A stretch of 64,000 nucleotides of DNA. It comes from Saprospiraceae bacterium (GTDB lineage Bacteria > Bacteroidota > Bacteroidia > Chitinophagales > Saprospiraceae). The notes beneath the pieces are model-generated. The model was not told the origin of the DNA. It was given only the letters and a program-made list of their open reading frames with translations, and did not search any database. The stretch lies in NCBI GenBank assembly GCA_016714985.1, contig JADKBS010000032.1:11036-75035 (forward strand), read 5' to 3'. Position numbers and translations under genes: made by a program. Shown in pieces: positions 18,719 to 28,417 of this stretch (position 1 is its first letter; the number at the start of each line of letters is the position of its first letter).

Positions 18719-19087
18719 ATGCTCAAATTCAACCGAAAATACTTCCTCCTCGCCCTCTTGATTTTCATCCTGGAGGTGCTGATAGCGCTGTATGTCCACG
18801 ACCGCTTCGTGCGGCCCTATGTAGGAGACGTGCTGGTGGTCATCCTGCTTTATTGCTTCGCAAAAGCATTCCTGGACCTACCTGCCTTGCATTTGGCCCT
18901 TGGCGTGTTGGCGTTCTCCTTTGCCATCGAAATCATGCAGTTTTTCGAGGTGGTTGAACTGCTGGGGTTGGGCAGCAATCAACTGGCGAGGGTGGTCATT
19001 GGCACCTCTTTCGCTTGGGAGGATTTTTTGGCATACACGGCGGGCATCTTGGTAGTCATAATAGTTGAAAACCAGCAGAATCGCTGA
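18719..19087 (+). CDS. DUF2809-like membrane protein
   Basis: 122 aa. 'RFVRPYVGDVLVVILLYC' and the helix layout match my recollection of DUF2809. Confidence 0.6.
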   Translation: MLKFNRKYFLLALLIFILEVLIALYVHDRFVRPYVGDVLVVILLYCFAKAFLDLPALHLALGVLAFSFAIEIMQFFEVVELLGLGSNQLARVVIGTSFAWEDFLAYTAGILVVIIVENQQNR

Positions 19088-19144
19088 TATTTGCAGCACC
19101 CCATCAACCCTTATCCACCTTTTATCCACCATTATCAACCCAAA

Positions 19145-19729
19145 ATGGATATCACCGAAGTCTTCTACCCACACACCCGCCAGCACTGGCACAACTGGCT
19201 CGCCGAGCACCACTTGATTAAAAAAGAAGTCTGGGTTCAAAAATTCCTGAAGGCAAGTGGCAAGCCCTGCATTTCCTACGATGACCTCGTGGAGGAATGC
19301 CTTTGCTTCGGCTGGATTGACGGCACACAGAAAAAATACGACGAGGAAAGTTCCGTACAGCGCATCACGCCCCGCCGCAAGAAGAGCTTCCTCAGCGAAC
19401 TCAACCGCCAACGCATCTGGAAGCTCCAGCACCTCGGCCTAATGACCCCAGCGGGCATCGCCCCTATCGAGTCGCAAATCGGCTCGCCCGACGACCCCTT
19501 TCAAATCCCTCAATGGATACTGGAATCCCTCCAACAGGACGAACAGGTCTGGCGCAACTTCGAGGAGTTTCCGCATTTTTATAAAAGGCTGAAGGTCAAC
19601 TGGATTACGGAAGCTGGCCAACTGCGCATGGAGGAGATGCAAAAGCGGCTAAACCACCTGCTAAAAATGACGGCACAGGGCAAACGGTATGGGTCGGAGC
19701 CGATGATAGGGTTGGTTTTGGAGGTATGA
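19145..19729 (+). CDS. YdeI/OmpD-associated family protein
   Basis: The start at 19145 gives MDITEVFYPHTRQHWHNWLAEHH. 'CFGWIDGTQKKYDEESSVQRITPRRKKSFLSELN' is the family core. Confidence 0.7.
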   Translation: MDITEVFYPHTRQHWHNWLAEHHLIKKEVWVQKFLKASGKPCISYDDLVEECLCFGWIDGTQKKYDEESSVQRITPRRKKSFLSELNRQRIWKLQHLGLMTPAGIAPIESQIGSPDDPFQIPQWILESLQQDEQVWRNFEEFPHFYKRLKVNWITEAGQLRMEEMQKRLNHLLKMTAQGKRYGSEPMIGLVLEV

Positions 19730-19925
19730 GGCTATGACTGTCCATTCGGTAGGCGTTTGGTGTAGGCGGGATAGCAAAATGCCAATTTGTACGGACCAAG
19801 TATGAGTCATATCAGGAAATGACCAAGCAACACAACGAGGTATGTAAGTTTAATTGCAGGAATGGAAAATTCAAACCGCTTGCCTACATTTACCGCCCAT
19901 TTTCACCAGCAAAAAATAAATTGCA

Positions 19926-20714
19926 ATGCAAGAAGATAGCGCCAAAATTGACAAAATAGTTCGAGATGCCAACGATTTCAGGCTTGGGGAATACCTCAGC
20001 CGAGGCTTCGGGCTTTTTCAGAAGGATCTTGGCGGCTTTATCGTGTTCACCCTGGTTTTCATCATTATTTCGATGGTAATAGGGGTAATTCCGTTCGTTG
20101 GCAGCCTTGCCAATTCCTTGGTTGTTGGCCCCGTTGCCGCAGCGGGTTTTTACCTCGTGGCCCGTCGGCTCGACCGGGGGGAGGCCGCCGAGTTCGGCCA
20201 GTACTTCAAGGGGTTCGACTATGCGGGAAAGCTAGTATTGGCGGCCCTTGCCACTTCTATCATTTCAGGCTTGGCCTTCATACCGTTCATAATGGCTGTT
20301 TGGGATCCCAGTTGGGTGGAGTGGTACCAAGAGATCATCCAAAATCCCGGCCAACCGCTCCCTGAGGTGCCCGTACTGCCCCCGCTGTGGTCGTTATTGT
20401 TGCTGTTGCCTGTGGTCTGTCTGGCCATTGCCTACAGCTTTACCTATCATTTCATCATCTTCCACGGGCTGGATTTTTGGCCAGCGATGGAAGCGAGCCG
20501 CAGGCTGCTGACCAAGCATTTTTTCATGTTCTTCATGTTCGGGCTGGTGCTTGGCCTTATCTTGGTTTTTAGCCTTTTTGTCTTCTGCGTTGGCATATTG
20601 GCGGGCTTCCCCGTTGTTTATTGCGCACTCTATGCTGCCTTTGCCGACCTCACCAAACTCAATGTTGCACCGTTAGACGAAGAGGAGGGGTTAGAACGGC
20701 ATTTGGTGGATTGA
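19926..20714 (+). CDS. Polytopic membrane protein (DUF975-like layout)
   Basis: 262 aa with five to six TM helices. The family assignment is tentative. Confidence 0.55.
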   Translation: MQEDSAKIDKIVRDANDFRLGEYLSRGFGLFQKDLGGFIVFTLVFIIISMVIGVIPFVGSLANSLVVGPVAAAGFYLVARRLDRGEAAEFGQYFKGFDYAGKLVLAALATSIISGLAFIPFIMAVWDPSWVEWYQEIIQNPGQPLPEVPVLPPLWSLLLLLPVVCLAIAYSFTYHFIIFHGLDFWPAMEASRRLLTKHFFMFFMFGLVLGLILVFSLFVFCVGILAGFPVVYCALYAAFADLTKLNVAPLDEEEGLERHLVD

Positions 20715-20807
20715 TGGGGGCATCAACACTTACTCGTGCCTTGGTTAAATAATCCGAGTCATTGAACTACCGCTTCCAACAAGCGTTTTTTTGCCTAAAA
20801 CCCATTT

Positions 20808-21449
20808 ATGACGGTAGAAATCTGGTCCGATATCGCCTGCCCGTTCTGCTATATCGGCAAGCGGCGATTTGAGCGGGCGCTGGCGCAATTTGAAGGAAAA
20901 AACGAGGTAGCCGTCACTTGGCGCAGCTTCCAGCTCGATCCCACATTGGAGACCGACCCCAGCATCAGTGCTGTGGCGTCCTTGGCTGAGAAAAAAGGCT
21001 GGTCGCTGGAGCAGACCCATCAAGCACAGGCCTACGTGACCCAAATGGCGGCAGGCGAAGGGCTTGCCTACTATTTCGACAAGCAGGTGGTTGCCAATAC
21101 CTTCGATGCGCACCGCCTCACCCATTTTGCGAAGCAGCATGGCAAGCAACTGGAGGCCGAGGAGGCCATTTTCCACGCCTATTTTACCGAAGGAAAAAAC
21201 ATCGCCGACCACGATGCGCTGGCCGAAATCGGTGCCGCCATCGGACTCGACCCCGTGGCCGTGCGGGCCGCCCTCGCCTCCGATGCCCATGTCGATGGGG
21301 TAGGCGAGGACATCCAACTCGCCCAGCAATTCGGTATCAGCAGCGTGCCCTTTTTTGTTTTCGATCGGAAATATGCGGTGTCGGGAGCGCAGGAAGTGGG
21401 AGCTTTTTTGCAGGTGATGGAGCGGACGCAAGCGGCTACTGCTGGTTGA
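20808..21449 (+). CDS. DsbA-family (FrnE-like) thiol oxidoreductase
   Basis: MTVEIWSDIACPFCYIGKRRFERAL contains the CPFC active site at the expected position. 213 aa. Confidence 0.85.
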   Translation: MTVEIWSDIACPFCYIGKRRFERALAQFEGKNEVAVTWRSFQLDPTLETDPSISAVASLAEKKGWSLEQTHQAQAYVTQMAAGEGLAYYFDKQVVANTFDAHRLTHFAKQHGKQLEAEEAIFHAYFTEGKNIADHDALAEIGAAIGLDPVAVRAALASDAHVDGVGEDIQLAQQFGISSVPFFVFDRKYAVSGAQEVGAFLQVMERTQAATAG

Positions 21450-21519
21450 TTTTGAAAAAAAGCGGTGTACGGGTTTCCACTGCTTTCCCATTTTTGAATA
21501 CCTTTGATTTTCGCAACGC

Positions 21520-21882
21520 ATGAAAAACGCAAGCCACATCCTCCGAAACGTTTCCGCTTTGGTGCTCACGGGCATCTACGTGGCGTTTTGGGCTTGGATG
21601 AGCTTGCACCATTTCGTCCTTCACGACCACCATCACCACGGTCAGAAGACCTGCTACCACGCCCCAACGGAGAAGCACCTCCACTCGGAGGAGTACGGCG
21701 GGCTGGATTGTTCGCTTTGCCATATCGTGCCAAGCTTGGCGGAGCCGCCCGTGCTTTCGGGGCTTTTGCTCCAACTGCCTGAATTGGTTCAATGCCCACC
21801 CGTTTTCGGCGACCGCATCCTTTGTTCCGCTTCGCCGCACACCCTTTCCCAACCCCGTGCGCCGCCCGTGCGCCCTGCCTGA
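21520..21882 (+). CDS. Small membrane-anchored His/Cys-rich protein
   Basis: 120 aa with one TM helix, then 'HHFVLHDHHHHGQKTCYHAPTEKHLHSEEYGGLDCSLCH'. No family name recognised. Confidence 0.5.
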   Translation: MKNASHILRNVSALVLTGIYVAFWAWMSLHHFVLHDHHHHGQKTCYHAPTEKHLHSEEYGGLDCSLCHIVPSLAEPPVLSGLLLQLPELVQCPPVFGDRILCSASPHTLSQPRAPPVRPA

Positions 21883-21986
21883 TTTTTTTTCCTGCTGATT
21901 TTTTTCGTGAAACCGAGCGGTTGACCGCAAGGCTGTGGGCGTTCCCCTCTCTGCCGTTAACCGTCCGCCGTTGGCTGTAACCTATC

Positions 21987-22442
21987 ATGCTTAAAACTAT
22001 GCTTCTAAGTGCTGCCCTGTTGTGGGTAGCGCAAACGCCCATTGTGCAGCAACAAAGTGGCTGGGCGCTGTTTGCCAAAGTGAAATTTAAGGACCTCTAC
22101 TTCGAGGAATACGGTGCCTTTGCCGCCGTGCCTGTCTTCGATGCCGCCATCAAGTCGTGGCAAGGCAAGGAAATCAGCCTGACGGGCTATGTGCTGCCAC
22201 AATCGGAGTTGCAGGACGGCTTTACGGGGATCGTGCTCTCGAAGTACCCTTACAGCCAGTGCTTTTTTTGCGGCATGGCTGGGCCAGAAAGCATCGCCGA
22301 GGTGCAGTTGGCGGGCAAGCGCCCCAAGTTCCGCACGGACAAGACCTATGCTTTCACGGGCAAGCTGAAGCTGAACGAGCGGGACATGGCGCACTTGAAT
22401 TTCATGCTGGTGGGGGCCGTTGTTGACCCAATTTCAAATTAA
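21987..22442 (+). CDS. Secreted DUF3299-like protein
   Basis: 151 aa with a signal peptide. 'ISLTGYVLP...LSKYPYSQCFFCGMAGPESI' resembles DUF3299-type proteins as I recall them. Confidence 0.55.
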   Translation: MLKTMLLSAALLWVAQTPIVQQQSGWALFAKVKFKDLYFEEYGAFAAVPVFDAAIKSWQGKEISLTGYVLPQSELQDGFTGIVLSKYPYSQCFFCGMAGPESIAEVQLAGKRPKFRTDKTYAFTGKLKLNERDMAHLNFMLVGAVVDPISN

Positions 22443-22459
22443 AACAAATGTTCTCATGC

Positions 22460-22500
22460 GCCGGGCTTGCCTTGCCCAAACGGGGTAGCCCGGCTTTTTT
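22460..22500 (+). terminator. Intrinsic terminator
   Basis: GCCGGGCT (22460-22467) pairs with AGCCCGGC (22487-22494), followed by TTTTTT (22495-22500). Confidence 0.7.
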
Positions 22501-22506
22501 CCAATT

Positions 22507-24828
22507 ATGAAAATCCGAATACTTCAATCAATATCCGGCAGCTTGGCCTTGCTGCTGTGGCTGGTGCGCACCTGTCGGCAATGCCGGAAAACGTGCAAGA
22601 GCAATGACCGGCAATTTTTCAAACGGTGGTTTTTGTCGGCGGCAATGGGCTTGCCGTCACTCAACGCAATAGGGCAGACAATGGCCGAGAACTTCCCCCC
22701 GCCCGAAAACCCGCCCGTCGTTCGGGCCGTGAAAACCTCCGGCAAAATTGCCCTTGACGGCTCGCTCGACGAGGCAGACTGGCAACGGGCAAGCCCCGTT
22801 TCCGGCAACGATTTTTTCAGGATGGAACCCAAGCAGGGCGGCGAATTTGAGTTCAAAACCATTATCCGGCTGCTTTTTGATGAAAAAAACCTCTACGTTG
22901 GGGTGTTTTGCGAGGACAGCTTGGGCAAAAAAGGCGTGCGGGTGCAAGACTTCCGGCGGGACTTCCTCTACGGGGAAAACGATGATTTTTACTTCCAACT
23001 CGACCCCCAGAACCTGCGCCGCTACTGCGTTTCCTTCCAAACAACGCCAGTTGGCACACAACGGGACGTACAGGTGTTCGACGATGATTTCAAGGACAAC
23101 GACTGGGATGCGCTGTGGCAGGTGAAGACCAAACTGCTGGGAAACGGCTGGTCGGCGGAGTTTGCCATCCCGTTCAAGAGCCTGCGCTACGAACTGCCGA
23201 AGGCGGGCGAGGCGCCGTCGTGGGGCTTCACGGCTGCGAGGCTTGCCCGACGGACATACGAGCAAACGGTTTTCCCGCCCATCCCACAGGCGTTTTCGCC
23301 TTACCGCATGACCTATGCCGCCCGGTTGGAAGGGCTGGAACTGCCCAAGCCCGCCTTGAACCTGCGGCTGAACCCTTATGCCCTCTATGATTTTGAAGAA
23401 ACAGCCGCCAATGGCTCGGGTGCGGTTGCCGAAGGCAAGCCGAAAATCGGCGGCGATGCCAAATGGGCCATCAACTCCCACGCCGTGCTTGACCTGACCG
23501 TCAACACCGATTTCGCCCAGGCGGACGTGGATCGGGCCGTGAACAACCTCACCCGCTTCAACGTGTTCTTCCCCGAACGGCGGCAGTTCTTCCTCGAAAA
23601 CAGCGGGATTTATCCCTCCGATGGCAGCAGCATCTACCCGTATTTCAGCCGGACAATTGGCTTGTCCAACAGCCAGTTCAACGCCGCTGCCGTGCCGATT
23701 GATGCGGGCGTTCGCTTCAACGACCGCAACGAAAAGCGCACATTATCAGGGCTTTACGTCCACCAGCGTGGCACGGGGCAGCAGGGTGGGGCGAGTTTCG
23801 GGCTTGCCCGTTTCCAGCAAAATTTTGGGAAGCAGAGCAATATCGGGGCTATGCTCACCCATCGCTTCGACGAGGCGGGCGAGGGCTTCCTTGGCAACCA
23901 CAACACGACGCTGACCGCCGATTTTTTCCTCCGACCCAACGACTCTTGGACGGTGAACGGCTTTTGGAGCGGCAGCCGTGACGAGGGCACTGGCAAGCTG
24001 GGCCACGTTGGGCATTTTTACGCAGGGTTGAACTTCAACGATTGGTATGGTGGCTGGGTGACCAAATGGGTGACGGCGGACTACCTGCCCGGCATGGGCT
24101 TTACCTTTGGGCAGAACGTCATCCATCACAACCCCGGTAGCTATTTTATCTGGCGACCAAAAAAGGAGAAATCACTACTGAGGCGGGCCGACCCTGGCTT
24201 TTTCATCAATTATTACCACAACGCCTCTGATGGCAAGTTTCAGCAGGCCGACCTCTACCTGTTCCCTGTCTATCTGTTTTTCAGGGACAACTCGTTTTTG
24301 GAGGTTTCGCTGTTCCCGACCTGGCAAAACATTGAATTCGAGTTCGAGCCATTGGGCATCATCGTGCCGCAGGACAGGTATTTTTATGCCCGTAAGTTCG
24401 TTCAGTACAACACCGACCGCAGCCGAAAACTGTCGGGGTCGGTCAGTGCCAATTTCGGCAAATTTTATGACGGTCGGCTCACCACGTTCTACACCGATGT
24501 GCGCTTTGCCCCCACGCCCCACGCCGCCCTCACGCTCGACTACGAGCTGAACCGGGCAAGCTCGCTCGGCCAAAGCGAGGAGGACAAGGACGTACACCTC
24601 TATGCCGGCGGCTTGCGCCTCGCCCTGAACCCTCAGTTGCAAGGCACGGTGTTTTATCAATACAATTCCTTGGACAAAACAGGTCGGTGGAATGCCCGCC
24701 TGAGTTGGGAATACCGCCCGCTGTCGTTCCTGTACCTCGTTTTCAACGATACGAGGAGCGACTTGGGCATGGACAGGTTCCGAACGACGGGGGCGATTGG
24801 GAAGGTGAACTGGATGCGGCAGTTTTAA
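22507..24828 (+). CDS. CBM9-like / DUF5916-type outer-membrane-associated protein
   Basis: 773 aa. The N-terminal 'IALDGSLDEADWQRA...FFRMEPKQGG' is CBM9-like, and the long beta-rich C-terminal part ends in an aromatic residue (MRQF). The true start may be internal. Confidence 0.65.
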   Translation: MKIRILQSISGSLALLLWLVRTCRQCRKTCKSNDRQFFKRWFLSAAMGLPSLNAIGQTMAENFPPPENPPVVRAVKTSGKIALDGSLDEADWQRASPVSGNDFFRMEPKQGGEFEFKTIIRLLFDEKNLYVGVFCEDSLGKKGVRVQDFRRDFLYGENDDFYFQLDPQNLRRYCVSFQTTPVGTQRDVQVFDDDFKDNDWDALWQVKTKLLGNGWSAEFAIPFKSLRYELPKAGEAPSWGFTAARLARRTYEQTVFPPIPQAFSPYRMTYAARLEGLELPKPALNLRLNPYALYDFEETAANGSGAVAEGKPKIGGDAKWAINSHAVLDLTVNTDFAQADVDRAVNNLTRFNVFFPERRQFFLENSGIYPSDGSSIYPYFSRTIGLSNSQFNAAAVPIDAGVRFNDRNEKRTLSGLYVHQRGTGQQGGASFGLARFQQNFGKQSNIGAMLTHRFDEAGEGFLGNHNTTLTADFFLRPNDSWTVNGFWSGSRDEGTGKLGHVGHFYAGLNFNDWYGGWVTKWVTADYLPGMGFTFGQNVIHHNPGSYFIWRPKKEKSLLRRADPGFFINYYHNASDGKFQQADLYLFPVYLFFRDNSFLEVSLFPTWQNIEFEFEPLGIIVPQDRYFYARKFVQYNTDRSRKLSGSVSANFGKFYDGRLTTFYTDVRFAPTPHAALTLDYELNRASSLGQSEEDKDVHLYAGGLRLALNPQLQGTVFYQYNSLDKTGRWNARLSWEYRPLSFLYLVFNDTRSDLGMDRFRTTGAIGKVNWMRQF

Positions 24829-24947
24829 TCAAACTCAAATTTTTTAAAATGAAGAGGCGATATTTCGTAAAAACAGGCAGTACGCTGGCATTGGGTATCC
24901 CACTGTTGCCCAATACCTTGATTTTCAATAAATTAAATCCAGTTAGG

Positions 24948-25850
24948 ATGAAGAAAGAATTTGATGTCATCATCATAGGCGGTAGTTATGCTGGCTTATC
25001 GGCAGCAATGGCATTGGGTCGCTCGTTGCGGCATGTGCTGGTCATTGACAGCGGACTGCCCTGCAACCGTTTCACGCCACATTCCCACAATTTCATCACC
25101 CACGATGGTGCGGCTCCGGCAGAAATCGCCCGGCAGGCAAGGCAGCAGGTGGAGCGGTACCACACCGTGCATTTTCACGAAGGATTAGCTGTGGAAGGCA
25201 GGAAGGCACAGTTGGGTTTTGAGGTGAAAACGAAGTCGGGCGAGGTGTTTTTCGGCAAAAAAATAGTTTTTGCCACCGGGATAAAGGACAAAATGCCCAA
25301 TATCGAGGGCTTTGCCGCCTGTTGGGGCGTTTCCATTATCCATTGCCCGTACTGCCACGGCTACGAGTTTCGTGGGCAAAAAACGGGCATTTGGGCAAAC
25401 GGTAAGCGGGCATTTCACCTCGCTTCTTTGGTCAAAAACCTGACGGACGACCTAACAATTATGACGGCGGGCAAGCCTGATTTCAGTGTGGAGCAGTTGG
25501 AAAAATTGGAAAAGCACCGCATCGAAATCGTGGAAACCGAAATCGCTGAGGTAGAGCACGAACATGGATTGGTCAAAAACGTGGTTTTCAAGGATGGCAA
25601 AGAACTGCCGTTCACCGTCGTTTACGCATCCATTCCATTTGCGCAGCACTCGGATATTCCCACCGCTTTGGGTTGCGAACTGACGGAGCAAGGCTACCTG
25701 AAAACAGACCCCTTCCAAAAAACCAGCGTGGCGGGCATTTTCGCCTGCGGCGACAATTCAAATATGATGCGGTCTGTGGCAAATGCGGTTTACAGCGGGA
25801 ACCTTGCGGGGGCAATGGTCAACATGGGCCTGACGGAAGAACGTTTTTAA
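24948..25850 (+). CDS. NAD(P)/FAD-dependent oxidoreductase (thioredoxin-reductase-like)
   Basis: MKKEFDVIIIGGSYAGLSAAMALGR (GxGxxG) and the CxxC motif 'CPYCHGYE'. An alternative start at 24849 (MKRRYFVKTG...) would add a signal-like leader. The listed start at 24687 overlaps the previous gene. Confidence 0.75.
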   Translation: MKKEFDVIIIGGSYAGLSAAMALGRSLRHVLVIDSGLPCNRFTPHSHNFITHDGAAPAEIARQARQQVERYHTVHFHEGLAVEGRKAQLGFEVKTKSGEVFFGKKIVFATGIKDKMPNIEGFAACWGVSIIHCPYCHGYEFRGQKTGIWANGKRAFHLASLVKNLTDDLTIMTAGKPDFSVEQLEKLEKHRIEIVETEIAEVEHEHGLVKNVVFKDGKELPFTVVYASIPFAQHSDIPTALGCELTEQGYLKTDPFQKTSVAGIFACGDNSNMMRSVANAVYSGNLAGAMVNMGLTEERF

Positions 25851-25868
25851 CATTAATCAACAACAACA

Positions 25869-26723
25869 ATGATACAAGTTTTCACATCAGATTTTCGACA
25901 CCAGGCCGAGGCGGAGAACCTTTTGGATGTCCTCAAAATCCGCTTTGAACGGTTGAAACTTGCTTTCGACCTGACCGATTCAAAGGAAGCATATCCCTGT
26001 GGGCACAGCATACTTCGGGTAGAAGGCGAATTTATTGATGACAATAAAATAATGGAAACACTGCATGAGAAGGGGTTCAGGTGCGATATTTTGGAAGATA
26101 AAATTTGCGATGCCGAACAACAAGAATTTTGGGAAAAAAACTTCCTTGAAAAACAAACCATGTGGGGCTTGGAACCTGCCCGTTCTGCCGTTTTGACAAA
26201 GGATTTTTTTCTTCAAAGCGCTGTCAAAAGCGTCCTCATACCCGGCATCGGCTATGGGCGGAATGCGCAGGTTTTCCGGGAAGCCGGGATGACCGTGGCG
26301 GGCATTGAAATCTCGAAAACAGCTATCGAACTGGCAAGGAAGCATTACGGCTCCGACATGGTCATCCATCATGGCTCGGTGACAGACATGCCTTTCGACG
26401 ACCATAGGTACGATGGGGTTTTTTGCTATGCGCTCATCCACCTGCTGGACGAAGCGGAACGTGCGAAACTCATACGTGACTGCTACCGCCAACTGACTGA
26501 GGGCGGCTGTATGGTTTTCACCGTCATTTCGAAGGATTCGCCAACATACGGGCAAGGCACCCCCGTAGGTAAAGACCGCTTCGAGATGTTCGGCGGGGTT
26601 AGGTTGTTTTTTTATGATAGGGAGAGAATCGAAACTGAATTTGGTGGATTTGGATTGTTTAAAATTATGGCATTAATGGAGAATTATCCGTTTTGGCTGG
26701 TTAAATGCAGGAAAGGCAACTGA
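25869..26723 (+). CDS. Class I SAM-dependent methyltransferase with a roughly 90-aa N-terminal extra domain
   Basis: Motif I 'VLIPGIGYGRNA', then 'MTVAGIEISKTAIELARKHYG' and 'YDGVFCYALIHLL'. Confidence 0.75.
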   Translation: MIQVFTSDFRHQAEAENLLDVLKIRFERLKLAFDLTDSKEAYPCGHSILRVEGEFIDDNKIMETLHEKGFRCDILEDKICDAEQQEFWEKNFLEKQTMWGLEPARSAVLTKDFFLQSAVKSVLIPGIGYGRNAQVFREAGMTVAGIEISKTAIELARKHYGSDMVIHHGSVTDMPFDDHRYDGVFCYALIHLLDEAERAKLIRDCYRQLTEGGCMVFTVISKDSPTYGQGTPVGKDRFEMFGGVRLFFYDRERIETEFGGFGLFKIMALMENYPFWLVKCRKGN

Positions 26724-26794
26724 GGTGGAAAGCAACCAATTCACCCATTGTATTAGGCTACAACGACAATGAGAGACGTTACCGGAGGAGGGGC

Positions 26795-26995
26795 CTAATC
26801 CCCTTCTTCCAATTCAAAAATCGCCTCAACTGGTGCCCCAAATACCCGTGCAATTTTCAGGGCCAGTAGGGTAGAGGGCACGAACTTGCCCGCCTCGATG
26901 GCATTGATGGTTTGTCGGCTGACGCCCGTTTGCTCGGCAAGCTCGCCCTGCGTCATGTCCTTTTTTGCCCGCTCAACTTTGATGCTGTTTTTCAT
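26795..26995 (-). CDS. XRE-family helix-turn-helix transcriptional regulator (YozG-like, 66 aa)
   Basis: 'MTQGELAEQTGVSRQTINAIEAGKFVPSTLLALKIARVF' is a canonical HTH_3 motif. Confidence 0.85.
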   Translation of the reverse strand: MKNSIKVERAKKDMTQGELAEQTGVSRQTINAIEAGKFVPSTLLALKIARVFGAPVEAIFELEEGD

Positions 26996-27016
26996 AAAAC
27001 CTTGGTTTTGAATGGA

Positions 27017-27478
27017 TTAATCGTTTTCGGCAGCCGTTTCGGAAAGACCGTAGCGGCGCTTGGCCAGCATCAGGCCGAACAAGTAGGCAATGAAGACCAT
27101 GGGCAGTAAATGGCGGTACGACCAGTTTTCGGCATTCAACGGCGCTACCATTTGCAGCAGGCTCAACAGTAGCAGGCCCAGCACCGTGAGCGGAAACGCG
27201 AGGGCGAGCGCCTCCAATTGCACCTGCCTTTCCAGTTCATCGACGCTGCGCACGGCCTTGAAGAACCTGAACAGGAAAACCAGAAAGGGCACGAGCGTCA
27301 GCAGGGCGATGCTGTAGCCGAGCGGTTTGGGATAATCAAACTCCATGAGGTAAATCCGGGAAGCCAGCCATGCGACGAGGGAAACCAATGCCCACGTGGC
27401 AGTGCCGTTGTTCTGGGCGGTCAAATTGACATTTGCGCTTTCATAAGAATCAACTGTTTTGGTGAAACAATGAGGCAA
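27017..27478 (-). CDS. Membrane protein co-oriented upstream of the small XRE regulator
   Basis: 153 aa with four hydrophobic helices. This is the usual 'membrane protein + tiny XRE' pair. The exact start is uncertain. Confidence 0.55.
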   Translation of the reverse strand: MPHCFTKTVDSYESANVNLTAQNNGTATWALVSLVAWLASRIYLMEFDYPKPLGYSIALLTLVPFLVFLFRFFKAVRSVDELERQVQLEALALAFPLTVLGLLLLSLLQMVAPLNAENWSYRHLLPMVFIAYLFGLMLAKRRYGLSETAAEND

Positions 27479-27582
27479 AGGTCAATTTTAATTTCCAAAA
27501 TGTAAAACAAACCTTACAAGAAGTAAAAAATAATTTCTGCCACTTGACGATTTATATATGTGCAGTAGCCTTGTATTGATGG

Positions 27583-28106
27583 CTATTGGGCAGGTAGCTT
27601 CCAATTTTCCCTTTTCAGTTTAAAAACGAAACAATCGCTTTCATCCTCGCCCAATTGCTTTTGTTCGATGAATTTGAAGCCCAACCGCTCATAAAACCGA
27701 TGCGCTCGGACGTTGGTCGCCAAGGGGTCAATCAAAATGGCATGTACAGCAGCATCGCTAAAACAGCGTTTGATGGCTAATTGCATCATGGTGGTGCCAT
27801 GTAGCCCTTGCCCAAATCATCGGCCTCGCCTATCCAAATATCAATCGCCCGCAAGCCCTGCGGTACGTCGCCCCAGTAGTGGGTTTCTTCTTCCGCTGGG
27901 TCAATTATCTGGACAAAGCCGAGTGGCCGCCCGTCCAGTTCTGCCATGAGTTGCTCCCGCCACGAGGGTTCGTGGAGCAGTTCGTTTTCCCAGTCCCAGT
28001 TGCCATCGAGGTCGGAGGCGATGACGTGCGGCTGCTCGTCCCAATGCAGCAGGATGGGCAAATCGGCGATGGTGGCGAGGCGTAGTTTGATGTTTGGATG
28101 CAGCAT
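27583..28106 (-). pseudogene. GNAT-family N-acetyltransferase split by a frameshift near 27790-27800
   Basis: ORF 27786..28106 ends '...IGEADDLGKGYMAPP*'. ORF 27583..27789 starts 'MMQLAIKRCFSDAAVHAILIDPLATNVRAHRFYERLGFKF'. Joined, they give the GNAT acetyl-CoA motif (GKGY-G-T-MMQLAI). One base appears to be missing around 'tacatggc'. Confidence 0.75.
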
Positions 28107-28313
28107 AGCAATTCAATTTTATACAAGACAAAAAAACTCGGAAATGAATAGGTTTGTTTAAACCACAAGGCCAGAAATGCCTCGACAAATAGCGAATTAA
28201 AGTACCGCAGCCCTGACAAAAATCTGACAAACCCACGCCAACGCCCAACGCTCTGCCCGCTGTCTTGGGGGGTGACTGTATAAATTATGCCGTAAGCTGT
28301 TAATCCTTTAGAA

Positions 28314-28384
28314 GTTGATAAGAGATTATAAGGTTGATGAGGGTTGATAATCAACTTCATAAACCCATATCAATTCTTATCAAC
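28314..28384. promoter_or_regulatory. Cluster of GTTGATAA-type octamers in both orientations upstream of 28418
   Basis: GTTGATAAG (28314-28322), GTTGATGAG (28333-28341), the perfect palindrome GTTGATAATCAAC (28343-28355) and TTATCAAC (28377-28384). The cluster ends 34 nt before the ATG. Confidence 0.45.
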
Positions 28385-28417
28385 CTAAGTTTGAGCTGCG
28401 AGCAAAAATCACCCATC

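Noticed and set aside
20745-21575. 276-aa minus-strand ORF
   Set aside because: It is antisense to the DsbA-family gene, which has the CPFC active site.
24687-24848. N-terminal extension of the FAD-oxidoreductase ORF
   Set aside because: It overlaps the last 140 nt of the preceding gene in another frame. Credible starts are at 24849 or 24948.
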